DNA of 64,000 bases from an uncultured Clostridiaceae bacterium (GTDB lineage: Bacteria; Bacillota; Clostridia; Saccharofermentanales; UBA5734), in NCBI GenBank assembly GCA_942493365.1, contig OW818697.1:1512668-1576667 (forward strand), in the 5' to 3' direction. Both the position numbers and the translations under genes were made by a program. The notes under the pieces were generated by a model. That model was not told where the DNA came from. It searched no databases and was given only the letters and a program-made list of their open reading frames with translations. Below, one piece after another: positions 21,120-30,877 of the stretch (the stretch's first letter is position 1; each line of letters begins with the position of its first letter).

Positions 21120-22958
21120 TTGATACCGGAACAGGTGATCGAGGAAATCAAATCGCGCAGCGAACTGGTTGGTGTCGTTGAACAGTATGTCCGTCTGGAC
21201 AAACGAAGCGGCAGCAATTATTTTGGCCTGTGTCCGTTTCATGCCGAAGACACGCCCTCGTTCAGTGTATCGCCCTCCAAACAGATCTATTACTGCTTTG
21301 GCTGCCACAAAGGCGGCGATGTCATTCATTTCATTATGGACGTGGAAAAATGCGCCTACCCCCAGGCCATCCGCTTGCTGGCCGAGCGCTCGGGCGTGAC
21401 GATTCCCGAGTCGGACGATGAGGAATACCGCCAGCGCAGCGAGCTCAACAAACAACTGCTGGCCATCAACCTCGAGGCGGCGCGGTATTTCTATCTGAGC
21501 CTGACCAGCCCGGCGGGCAGTGCCTGCCGCGACTATCTGCAAAAACGCGGTCTGGCGGTTTCGACGACGCGCAAGTTTGGTCTGGGCTACGCTACCGAAG
21601 ACTGGGACGGCCTCTGCCGCCACCTGCGCGACAAGGGCTACAGTGAAGACCTGATGCAAAAGTCCGGGCTCTTCAAACGTGGCAAAACCGGTCAGCTCTA
21701 TGATCTGTTCCGGCATCGTCTGATGTTCCCGATCATGGACGTCATGGGCCGCGTCGTGGCTTTCGGCGGACGGGTGCTGGATGACAGTCTGCCCAAATAC
21801 ATCAATTCGCCCGAAACGCCGGTCTACACCAAAGGCCGCCATCTCTTCGGTCTCAATCTGGCCAAAAACAGCCACCAGAAAAGCCTGGTCATGGTGGAAG
21901 GCTATATGGACGCCATTGCGCTCTATCAGGCCGGGGTCGACAACACCGTCGCCTCGCTGGGCACCGCCCTGACCGAGAATCAGGCACAGCTGCTGCGCAA
22001 GTTCACGGAAACCGTCATCATCGCCTATGACGCCGACGCCGCCGGCCAGGCCGCCGCGCTGCGCAGTCTGGACATTCTCAACAGCAAAGGCATCAAAGTC
22101 ACGGTCCTGCAAGTGCCGGATGGCAAAGACCCCGACGAATACATTCGCAAGAACGGACCGGAGCGCTTTCATGCCGTGCTGGAGAAATCGCTGCCGCTGA
22201 TCGATTTTAAGCTGCTGGCCGCCCGCCGCGCCCACACCACGGGCGAATCGCTGGACATCCTCGGCTATCAGGACGAGGCCTGCCAGATTCTCGCCCGCGA
22301 GGACAACGCCATTGTGCGCGAGCTCTATGCCGTCAAGCTGGCCGAAGAACTCAACGCGACCTCCGACACTGTGCTGCGCGAAATTGAACGGCGCCATGCC
22401 AGCCCAGATGACAGCAAGCAAAAAGACGCCCTGCGCCACAAGCTGCAAAGCCGTGTCACGGCTGAGGCAGCGGCGCTGGATACGGAACATGTTGAATCAT
22501 CGGTGTCCCGCGAAGAACTTTACTTGCTCAGCATGCTGGCCTCGGACCCCGAGCTCTGGGATCGGCTGACGTCCAAACCGATTGTCGACGATTTTTCCGA
22601 AGGCGCGATTCAACAGGTCGCGCAGACCGCGCTCGAACTGGCGGCCTTGCATCAATTGGATACAGTTCGCCTGATCGGCCTCGGCGAAGGCTTGTCCGCC
22701 CGCAATCAGCCGCTGCACGAATTGCTGGCCCGGGCCTGCATGAAGCTGGACGAAACATTCGGGCGCCTCGATCTGACAACGTCGGCCCTGGAGCAGCTGC
22801 GCCGCCAGCGCCTCAATCGCCTGCGCCAGCAGTGTGACGACCTCAAACATCAGCTTGAAGCCGACGACGACGCCGCTCGCCAGAGCCTTCTCAAAGAAAA
22901 TCTACGGCTGGTCACCCAGCAGCTGATTGATTTAAAGCATGGTACTGATGATAATTAG
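21120..22958 (+). CDS. dnaG: DNA primase
   Basis: CPFH...CFGC Zn finger, KYINSPET, VEGYMD, YDADAAG, KDPDE. Confidence 0.98.
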   Translation: MIPEQVIEEIKSRSELVGVVEQYVRLDKRSGSNYFGLCPFHAEDTPSFSVSPSKQIYYCFGCHKGGDVIHFIMDVEKCAYPQAIRLLAERSGVTIPESDDEEYRQRSELNKQLLAINLEAARYFYLSLTSPAGSACRDYLQKRGLAVSTTRKFGLGYATEDWDGLCRHLRDKGYSEDLMQKSGLFKRGKTGQLYDLFRHRLMFPIMDVMGRVVAFGGRVLDDSLPKYINSPETPVYTKGRHLFGLNLAKNSHQKSLVMVEGYMDAIALYQAGVDNTVASLGTALTENQAQLLRKFTETVIIAYDADAAGQAAALRSLDILNSKGIKVTVLQVPDGKDPDEYIRKNGPERFHAVLEKSLPLIDFKLLAARRAHTTGESLDILGYQDEACQILAREDNAIVRELYAVKLAEELNATSDTVLREIERRHASPDDSKQKDALRHKLQSRVTAEAAALDTEHVESSVSREELYLLSMLASDPELWDRLTSKPIVDDFSEGAIQQVAQTALELAALHQLDTVRLIGLGEGLSARNQPLHELLARACMKLDETFGRLDLTTSALEQLRRQRLNRLRQQCDDLKHQLEADDDAARQSLLKENLRLVTQQLIDLKHGTDDN

Positions 22959-22973
22959 GAGGACAAAAACATC

Positions 22974-24001
22974 ATGTCAACAGAGAAAAAACAAGGCCTT
23001 TTGAGTGAACTGGTCAACAAAGCCAAAGCCACCAACAACCAGATTTCCTACAAGGACGTTATGTCGATGATCGAGTCCTCCGACATTGATCTTGAACAAG
23101 CCGAAAAGGTTTTTGATCGCCTGGAAGCCATGGGTGTCGAAGTCATTCCCGACAATGCCGTCGAAGAGGATATTCAAAACGATACCGAAATCGACCTCAA
23201 CAACATGGACGGGGTCAGCGTCGACGACCCGGTGCGCATGTATCTTAAAGAAATCGGCAAGGTCCCCTTGCTGACCGCCGATGAAGAAAAGCAACTGGCG
23301 CAGAAAATGCTGGAAGGTGATGAAGATGCCAAGCACCGCCTGTGCGAGGCCAACCTGCGTCTGGTTGTCAGCATTGCCAAGCGCTATGTCGGCCGCGGCA
23401 TGCTCTTTCTCGACCTGATTCAGGAGGGAAACCTTGGGCTAATTAAAGCGGTAGAGAAATTTGATTATTTCAAAGGATACAAATTTCACCACCTATGCCA
23501 CCTGGTGGATCCGTCAGGCCATTACCCGGGCCATCGCGGACCAGGCCAGGACCATCCGCATCCCAGTGCACATGGTGGAGACGATCAACAAGCTGATCCG
23601 CGTCTCCCGCCAGCTGCTGCAGGAGCTCGGACGCGATCCCAGTGCCGAGGATATTGCCAAGGAAATGGGCATGCCCCCGAGGACAAGGTACGCGATATCA
23701 TGAAGATCGCCCAGGAGCCTGTCTCGCTCGAGACTCCCATCGGCGAAGAGGAAGACAGCCATCTGGGCGATTTTATCCCCGATGAGGAGTGCCATCGGCT
23801 CCGGCCGAAGGCAGCACTTTACTCTGCTCAAGGAGCAGCTTATGACGGTACTTGGCACACTTACCCCGCGAGAGGAAAAGGTTTTGCGCCTGCGCTTCGG
23901 CATTGAAGACGGCCGCACCCGCACGCTTGAGGAAGTGGGCAAGGAGTTTAACGTAACCCGCGAGCGCATCCGCCAGATCGAGGCAAAGGCTCTGCGGCGG
24001 C

Positions 24002-24012
<11 letters not shown>
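22974..24012 (+). pseudogene. rpoD: Primary sigma factor RpoD/SigA, broken by three frameshifts (~23487, ~23676, ~23790-23820) and lacking its last residues; probably assembly error rather than a true pseudogene
   Basis: [54 protein letters not shown] and [20 protein letters not shown] are spread over alternating frames. Confidence 0.9.
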
Positions 24013-24692
<680 letters not shown>

Positions 24693-24709
<17 letters not shown>

Positions 24710-25355
24710 AAAATCGAAATTATCGCCACGCCTGCAGGCCGTCGCGACGTTGGTGCCTGAATGCCGGCGGCTGCTGGACATTGGCACCGACCACGCCGGC
24801 CTGCCGATCGAGCTGGTGCGCCGGGGCCGCTGCCAGCAGGCGCTGGCCATCGACATCCGGCCGGGTCCGCTGGATATGGCGCTGCGCAACATCAATGCCG
24901 CTGGTCTGACTGACCGAATCAAAGTCTGGCAAGCTGATGGCCTGACAGGACTGGAACTCGATCCTGTAGACGTCCTAGCCATCGCCGGCATGGGCGGTTA
25001 TGAAATGATGCAGATTCTCGGGTCGGAGCCGCGGCGCTGTCAGGCCATCATCCTGCAACCGATGAAATCGCTGCCCGAGCTGCGAATCTGGCTGGGCGAG
25101 CAGGGCTATACCCTCGAAGATGAAGTGCTGGTCCTCGAGCAACATCACACCTATGTCATTCTGCGCTGCCGTTACACCGGCGTTCGCACAGCCTACACGC
25201 CGTTGCAAGCCCTCGTCGGGCCGGTGCTGTTGGTCAGCCAGCCGCCGGCGCTTGCCGTCTATCTGACACGACTGCTGGCTCGCCTGAAAAAGCAGAGCCG
25301 CGGTCAGCCGGACCTGATCGAGGTCATCGAAGCTATTCAAAAATTGGAGGCATAA
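24693..25355 (+). CDS. trmK: tRNA (adenine22-N1)-methyltransferase
   Basis: [32 protein letters not shown]; canonical position after rpoD; start may be TTG 24702. Confidence 0.93.
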
Positions 25356-25359
25356 AGCC

Positions 25360-26151
25360 ATGCAAAACCTCAATCCTGAACAGACCGTCAGCGACATTCT
25401 GCAAATCATCGAAGCCATCGCGCCGCCCGAGATAGCCGCCGAATGGGATCACATCGGCCTGCAAATCGGCGACCCCGACCAGATTGTCAACCACGTCCTG
25501 CTGACGCTGGACCTGAACGAGGCTGCCCTGACGATGGCCGAAGACGGCGACTGTGAGCTGATCATCTGCCATCATCCGTTGATTTTCACGCCGTTGCCGA
25601 CACTCTGCGATGATGTGCCCGAGCAGCGCCTGATCCTGCGCCTGATCCGCAGCGGCATCAGCGTCATCGTCGCCCACACCAACCTCGATGCCGCGGTCGG
25701 CGGCGTGGCCGACTGTCTGGCCGACAGCCTGGGTCTGGACGCGGCTGGCCGTCAACTCTGCGGCCCCTTCGGCCGTGCAGGTTTGCTGGCCGAACCGATC
25801 CAACTCAGCCAACTGCGCAGCGTCGTCCAGCAAGCCCTGCAAAGCGCTGGCTGCCGTCTCAACACCGATCAGGACCGCCTGATCAGCCGCCTGGCCGTGA
25901 TGCCCGGATCCTTCGACGAAGACGAAATCCCGCTGCTCGAAGCGCTGGCGGTCGACGCCGTGGTCAGCGGCGAGATCAAGCACCACGCCGGTCTGCTACT
26001 GGCCGCCCGCGGCATCGCCGCCCTAGACGCCGGCCATGACGTGACCGAGCGGGTTGTCCTGCGGCCGCTGGCCACGCGTCTGGCTGAGCAGCTGCCGCAA
26101 ATATCGTTTGCTGTAAACAGCGGCATGGATTATAATAAAATGGCTTTCTGA
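25360..26151 (+). CDS. Nif3-like dinuclear metal center protein (YqfO/YbgI family)
   Basis: EWDHIGLQIG, IICHHPLIF, AHTNLD, DAGHDVTE. Confidence 0.93.
   Translation: MQNLNPEQTVSDILQIIEAIAPPEIAAEWDHIGLQIGDPDQIVNHVLLTLDLNEAALTMAEDGDCELIICHHPLIFTPLPTLCDDVPEQRLILRLIRSGISVIVAHTNLDAAVGGVADCLADSLGLDAAGRQLCGPFGRAGLLAEPIQLSQLRSVVQQALQSAGCRLNTDQDRLISRLAVMPGSFDEDEIPLLEALAVDAVVSGEIKHHAGLLLAARGIAALDAGHDVTERVVLRPLATRLAEQLPQISFAVNSGMDYNKMAF
26108..26136 (+). promoter_or_regulatory. Sigma70/SigA promoter for rnpB embedded in the end of the Nif3 gene
   Basis: TTGCTG-N17-TATAAT; predicted start ~26143 matches the 5' strand of RNase P helix P1. Confidence 0.75.
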
Positions 26152-26506
26152 GCAAATCAGACGACCGCGGGCGGCAGCCGAAAGGCTCCGCATGAGGAAA
26201 GTCCGGGCTCCACAGGGTAAAGGCGCCGGGTAACTCCCGGTGAAGGCGACTTTAAGGATAGTGCAACAGAAATAAACCGCCTGCTGGCCGTAAGGCCCAG
26301 CCGGTAAGGATGGAAAGGCGAGGTAAGAGCTCACCGACCCCACGGCGACGGAGGGTGCCATGTAAACCCCACCTGGAGCAACACCGTGAGAGGGACACAT
26401 ATGCGGCCCGCCTGTTCCCATGGAGGTGGCTGAAGCCGCTTGTAGCAACAAACGGCCTAGATAGATGATTGTTCAAGACAGGACCCGGCTTAGGTTATCA
26501 GAAAGC
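26143..26506 (+). ncRNA. rnpB: RNase P RNA (bacterial type A-like)
   Basis: GAGGAAAGTCCGGGCTCC, AGTGCAACAGAA, GGTAAGAGC, TAAACCCC...GGAGCAA, TAGATAGATGATT, ACAGGACCCGGCTTA; P1 = GCTTTCTGA/TCAGAAAGC. Confidence 0.97.
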
Positions 26507-26535
26507 ATTTTTTTATCAATTATTCGGAGGTCAGC

Positions 26536-27699
26536 ATGAAAGCAGAAGCCTATTTGTCCCGGGGCGTCTCGCCAACCAAGGACGACGTCAAAAAGGCGGT
26601 AGCCAAACAGTCGCCCGGCGAATTCCCAGGATCGTTCTGCAAGATCATTCCTGACCTGGCCGGCGATCCGGCCTATTGCACCGCCGTTCACGCCGACGGC
26701 GCCGGCACCAAATCGTCCGTGGCATACTTGATGTACCGTGAAACCGGCGATCCGTCGTGGTTTGCCGGCATTGCGCAAGACTCGCTGGTGATGAATACCG
26801 ACGACCTGCTGTGCATCGGTGCCGTCGACGGCTTCAAGATTTCCAACACCATCGGCCGCAACGCTCACCGCGTCGATGCCGCCTGCCTGGCCGCCATCAT
26901 CAACGGCTACGACGATATCATCGCCCGTATGCAAGCACTGGGCATCGACGTCGAAATGACCGGCGGCGAGACGGCTGATGTCGGCGATCTGGTGCGCACC
27001 GTCATCTGCGATTCGACCGTCGTCGTGCGCCTGCCACGCCGCAACGTGATCAACGCCGCCAACATCAAGCCCGGCCAGGTCATCGTCGGCTTGGCGTCTT
27101 TTGGCCAGACCACCTACGAAACCCGAGAGAATTCCGGCATTGGCTCCAACGGCCTGACCGGCGCCCGCCATCTGCTGCTCCACCACGACTACCTCACGAA
27201 ATACCCCGAGACCTGCGCCGATACGCTGCCCGCCGCCAAGGCCTATTGTGGCCCCTTTCACGTTGGCGATCAGCTGCCCGTCTCCAGTTTGACAGTGGGG
27301 GAGGCCATCCTGTCGCCGACCCGCACCTATTTGCCGGTCGTTCGCGAGATTCTGGCCGCGGTCGGCGACCGCATTTCCGGGCTGATTCACTGCACCGGCG
27401 GCGGCCAGGTCAAGTGCCGCGACTTCGGGCAGGGCATCCGCTACATCAAGGACAACTTGTTCCCGACGCCGCCGATCTTCCAAGCCATTGCCGAAAACGG
27501 CGATGTCGGCGAGGCCGAGATGTACCAGATTTTCAACATGGGCCATCGTCTGGAAATCTACTGCGACCCCGATGCCGCGGCTGAAATCATTGCCATCGCC
27601 GCGCGTTTCGCACTTGAAGCACGCATCGTCGGCCGCACCGAGGCCGCCGCCAAAAATGAAGTCATCATCCGCGATCAGGGGCGCGAATTCGCTTTTTGA
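26536..27699 (+). CDS. purM: Phosphoribosylformylglycinamidine cyclo-ligase (AIR synthase, long PurM-like form)
   Basis: HADGAGTKS, GGETADVGD, GIGSNGLTGARH, LSPTRTY, HCTGGGQ, MYQIFNMGHR. Confidence 0.88.
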   Translation: MKAEAYLSRGVSPTKDDVKKAVAKQSPGEFPGSFCKIIPDLAGDPAYCTAVHADGAGTKSSVAYLMYRETGDPSWFAGIAQDSLVMNTDDLLCIGAVDGFKISNTIGRNAHRVDAACLAAIINGYDDIIARMQALGIDVEMTGGETADVGDLVRTVICDSTVVVRLPRRNVINAANIKPGQVIVGLASFGQTTYETRENSGIGSNGLTGARHLLLHHDYLTKYPETCADTLPAAKAYCGPFHVGDQLPVSSLTVGEAILSPTRTYLPVVREILAAVGDRISGLIHCTGGGQVKCRDFGQGIRYIKDNLFPTPPIFQAIAENGDVGEAEMYQIFNMGHRLEIYCDPDAAAEIIAIAARFALEARIVGRTEAAAKNEVIIRDQGREFAF

Positions 27700-27724
27700 C
27701 AGAACCGGCCAAATGTGATAATAT
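27696..27724 (+). promoter_or_regulatory. SigA promoter for rpsO
   Basis: TTGACA-N17-TAATAT with TG extension; -35 overlaps the purM stop codon. Confidence 0.75.
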
Positions 27725-27736
27725 TTTAGCCAGTCT

Positions 27737-27800
27737 GCCGTGACCAAAGTTTTTGGATCGTCCGACCATCTACTTTGCCACTGGCATAAAATTTAGGAGG
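27737..27800 (+). promoter_or_regulatory. Probable S15-binding rpsO leader
   Basis: Imperfect hairpin (CAAAGT/ACTTTG) between promoter and SD; S15 autoregulatory leaders are known at this position in Bacillota. Confidence 0.4.
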
Positions 27801-27805
27801 ACAAT

Positions 27806-28069
27806 ATGGACAAAGCACGCAAGACCGAACTGATCACCACCTACGGTCGACATGAGGGCGACACCGGTTCACCGGAAGTACAGATCGCCATCCTGACCGA
27901 GCGGATCAACCACCTTACTGAACATCTCAAAGAACACAAGAATGATCATCACTCCCGGCGCGGCCTGCTGATGATGGTCGGCCAGAGACGCGGCATGCTC
28001 GACTATCTGACCAAGATCGACGTTGAGCGCTATCGTATCGTCATCGCCCAACTGAACATCAGAAAGTAA
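27806..28069 (+). CDS. rpsO: 30S ribosomal protein S15
   Basis: [29 protein letters not shown]. Confidence 0.99.
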   Translation: MDKARKTELITTYGRHEGDTGSPEVQIAILTERINHLTEHLKEHKNDHHSRRGLLMMVGQRRGMLDYLTKIDVERYRIVIAQLNIRK

Positions 28070-28085
28070 TCAAACGGCAGAACGG

Positions 28086-28117
28086 ATTGGTGAGCGTTTT
28101 TCGCTCACCAATTTTTT
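28086..28117 (+). terminator. Intrinsic terminator after rpsO
   Basis: ATTGGTGAGCG-loop-CGCTCACCAAT followed by T-run. Confidence 0.85.
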
Positions 28118-28233
28118 CTAAAAAACGCCTGCGGGCAGTAGATGGTAGGTTGCGCGGCTGTCGCTTTTAACAGCCTTGGACCCTACAAGCTACCGTGCCG
28201 CGGGTCAAAATCAAAACCCACGGAGGTAATAAA

Positions 28234-30579
28234 ATGGAACGAAAATTTCAAATGGATCTGGCCGGCCGCCCGCTGGTCATCGAAACCGGTAAACTGGCAC
28301 AGTTCGCCACCGGTGCCTGCATGGTTCGTTACGGCGACACCGTCATCATGTCCACCGCCACCGCGTCGGAAACCCCGCGCGCCGGCATCGACTATTTCCC
28401 GCTCAGCGTGGACTATGAAGAGAAGATGTACAGCGTCGGCAAATTCCCCGGCGGTTTCATCAAGCGCGAAGGCCGCCCGACCGAGAAGGCCGTCCTGGTC
28501 TCCCGCGTCATCGACCGCCCGATGCGCCCCCTGTTCCCCAAAGATCTGAGAAACGACGTCGTGGTCAGCAATCTGGTCATGTCGGTCGATCAGGACTGCT
28601 CGCCGGAAGTCGCCGCCATGATTGGCTCATCGATCGCCGTCGCCATTTCCTCGATTCCCTGGAACGGCCCAATCGCCGGCCTCCAGCTGGGCCTGATCGA
28701 CGGCAAAGTCGTCATCAACCCCAATGAAGCCGAGCGCGCACTCAGCCAGATGCAGGTCACCCTGGCTGGCACCGAAGACAAAGTCTGCATGATCGAAGCC
28801 GGCGCCAACGAAATCGACGACGACGTCATGATGCAGGCCATCATCGACGGTCACGCCGTGATCAAGCAAATCTGCGCCTTCATCAAAGGCATCGTCGCCG
28901 AAATCGGCCTGCCCAAATTCAGCTACACCTCATCCGAAGTGCCTGACGACGTCTTTGCCGCTGTCAAGGCCTTTGCCTACGAAGGCATGCGCGCCGCCGT
29001 GCTGTCAGACGACAAGAGCGTCCGCGACGCCAAGGTCTCGGAACTCAAGACGGCCACCGCCGCCCACATCGCCACCCTCAACGCCGAATGGGCCGGGTTT
29101 GTCGGCGATTCCATCTACAAACTCGAGAAAAAAGTTGTGCGCGAATACCTCTTCAAAGAGCACAAGCGCGTCGACGGCCGCGGTCTCAATGACATCCGCG
29201 CCCTGTCGGCCGACGTCGGCATTCTGCCCCGCGTCCACGGCACCGGCCTCTTCCAGCGCGGCCAGACCCAGGTTCTGACCTGCTGCACCCTGGCGCCGCT
29301 GTCCAAAGTCCAGCACCTCGACGGCCTCGACAACGAAGACGAGAAGCGCTACATTCACCACTACAATTTCCCCGGCTACAGCGTCGGTGAAGCCAAATCC
29401 ACCCGCTCCGCCGGTCGCCGCGAAATCGGTCACGGTGCCCTCGCCGAACGTTCACTCGTGCCGGTCCTGCCCAGTGAAGAAGAATTCCCCTACGCCATCC
29501 GCTGCGTTTCGGAAATTCTGATGTCCAACGGCTCGACCTCACAAGGCTCGGTCTGCGCCAGCACCCTGGCCCTGATGGACGCAGGTGTCCCGATCAAAAA
29601 GCCGGTTGCCGGCATCTCGTCCGGCCTGATCGTCAACGAAGACAATGAGAAAGATTACATCGTCTTCATGGACATCCAGGGCATCGAAGACTTCTTCGGC
29701 GACATGGACTTCAAGGTGGCCGGTACCGTCGATGGTATCACCTCAATCCAGGTTGACATCAAGCTCGACGGCCTGTCCTACGACGTCATTCGCGACGCTT
29801 TCGCCATGACCAAGAAGGGCCGTCTCCAGATCATCAACGACGTCATGGTTCCCTGCATCGCCGAACCCCGCAAAGAGCTGTCGCCCTATGCACCCAAGAT
29901 CGTCCAGATCCAGATCCCGGTTGACAAAATCCGCGAAGTCATCGGCTCCGGCGGCAAGGTCATCAACCGCATCATCGAAGAAACCGGCGTCGAGATTGAC
30001 ATCGAGGATGACGGCCGCGTCTTCGTCGCGTCGCCCAATTCCGTCGCTGCCGACAAGGCCATCGCCATGATCAAGGGTATCGCCAACGATCCCGAAATCG
30101 GCCAGGTCTTCAAAGGCCGCGTCACCCGCCTGATGAACTTCGGCGCTTTCGTCGAGTTCCTGCCGGGCAAAGAAGGATTGGTCCACATCTCCAAGATGGC
30201 CTGGTCGCGCGTTGATCGCGTCGAAGACGTCGTCAAGGAAGGCGATGAAGTCAACGTCAAAGTTATGGAAATCGACGGCCAAGGCCGTATCAATCTGTCC
30301 ATCCGCGACTGCGCTGAAAAGCCCGAAGGATTCGTTGAATCCGAAGGTGGCGGCGGTGGCGGTGGCCGTCCCATGCGTGATGATCGTCGCCCCAGTGGCG
30401 ACCGCGGCCATGGCGGCGGCGGAGACCGCGGGCCACGTCCCGGCGGCGACCGCGGACCTCGCCCCAGTGGCGGTGGCGGCTTTAACCGCGAACGTTCGGA
30501 TCGCAGACCACCCGAGCGCACCGGCCCGGTTGAGGGAACGAACACCGAGAAGCCGAGAGGGAAAGAGCGAGAATTTTAG
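28234..30579 (+). CDS. pnp: Polyribonucleotide nucleotidyltransferase with long G/R/P-rich C-terminal tail
   Basis: PGGFIKREGRP, RVHGTGLFQRGQTQ, RREIGHGALAE, SNGSTS, GDMDFKVAG, KH and S1 domains; ATG 28234 after GGAGG. Confidence 0.99.
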   Translation: MERKFQMDLAGRPLVIETGKLAQFATGACMVRYGDTVIMSTATASETPRAGIDYFPLSVDYEEKMYSVGKFPGGFIKREGRPTEKAVLVSRVIDRPMRPLFPKDLRNDVVVSNLVMSVDQDCSPEVAAMIGSSIAVAISSIPWNGPIAGLQLGLIDGKVVINPNEAERALSQMQVTLAGTEDKVCMIEAGANEIDDDVMMQAIIDGHAVIKQICAFIKGIVAEIGLPKFSYTSSEVPDDVFAAVKAFAYEGMRAAVLSDDKSVRDAKVSELKTATAAHIATLNAEWAGFVGDSIYKLEKKVVREYLFKEHKRVDGRGLNDIRALSADVGILPRVHGTGLFQRGQTQVLTCCTLAPLSKVQHLDGLDNEDEKRYIHHYNFPGYSVGEAKSTRSAGRREIGHGALAERSLVPVLPSEEEFPYAIRCVSEILMSNGSTSQGSVCASTLALMDAGVPIKKPVAGISSGLIVNEDNEKDYIVFMDIQGIEDFFGDMDFKVAGTVDGITSIQVDIKLDGLSYDVIRDAFAMTKKGRLQIINDVMVPCIAEPRKELSPYAPKIVQIQIPVDKIREVIGSGGKVINRIIEETGVEIDIEDDGRVFVASPNSVAADKAIAMIKGIANDPEIGQVFKGRVTRLMNFGAFVEFLPGKEGLVHISKMAWSRVDRVEDVVKEGDEVNVKVMEIDGQGRINLSIRDCAEKPEGFVESEGGGGGGGRPMRDDRRPSGDRGHGGGGDRGPRPGGDRGPRPSGGGGFNRERSDRRPPERTGPVEGTNTEKPRGKEREF

Positions 30580-30580
30580 G

Positions 30581-30606
30581 AAAAAACCGGCGAAAGCCGG
30601 TTTTTT
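30581..30606. terminator. Bidirectional intrinsic terminator after pnp
   Basis: AAAAAACCGGC-GAAA-GCCGGTTTTTT. Confidence 0.9.
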
Positions 30607-30849
30607 CAACGAACAGCTAACAGGTAACAACGAACAGCTGCGGAATGGAAATTGTTGAAATATTTAGCGAGCCTGCGAGAATAATCTCACAGACACGCAT
30701 TTCATTTGAAAAATAGCGATATACGATATCGTGTAACGATATATAATGCATTTTACCGATTATTTTTGAATGGTCGCTATCTTGATTTGTTGTTGACACA
30801 ACATTCTCCATCCGAAGTTGTTCGTTTTTCGCTGTTAGTTGTTCGTTGA
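30606..30849. repeat. ~244-bp element bounded by ~50-bp imperfect inverted repeats built of 7-mer units (MITE-like or cruciform)
   Basis: Left 30606-30657 TCAACGAACAGCTAACAGGTAACAACGAACAGCTGCGGAATGGAAATTGTTG vs reverse complement of 30799-30849 TCAACGAACAACTAACAGCGAAAAACGAACAACTTCGGATGGAGAATGTTG. Confidence 0.85.
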
Positions 30850-30870
30850 GAACCAGCTATAGCCGGTTCT
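30849..30870. terminator. Near-perfect 22-bp palindrome, possible terminator for the GNAT gene
   Basis: AGAACCAGCTATAGCCGGTTCT (one mismatch), 8 bp past the GNAT stop. Confidence 0.45.
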
Positions 30871-30877
30871 AATGTCG

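Noticed and set aside
20991-22490. 499-aa minus-strand ORF
   Set aside because: Lies antisense to dnaG; no SD or domain signal; common shadow ORF
26023-26654. Short ORFs over 26023-26654
   Set aside because: They overlap the RNase P RNA gene, which explains the region
26473-27747. 424-aa minus-strand ORF
   Set aside because: Antisense to purM; composition typical of reverse-frame reading
30606-30660. Possible CRISPR array from AACGAACAG repeats
   Set aside because: Units are 7-9 bp without spacers and form inverted arms; no cas genes
30617-30811. 64-aa ORF as a four-helix-bundle protein or transposase remnant
   Set aside because: No convincing motif or SD; kept only as part of the inverted-repeat element finding
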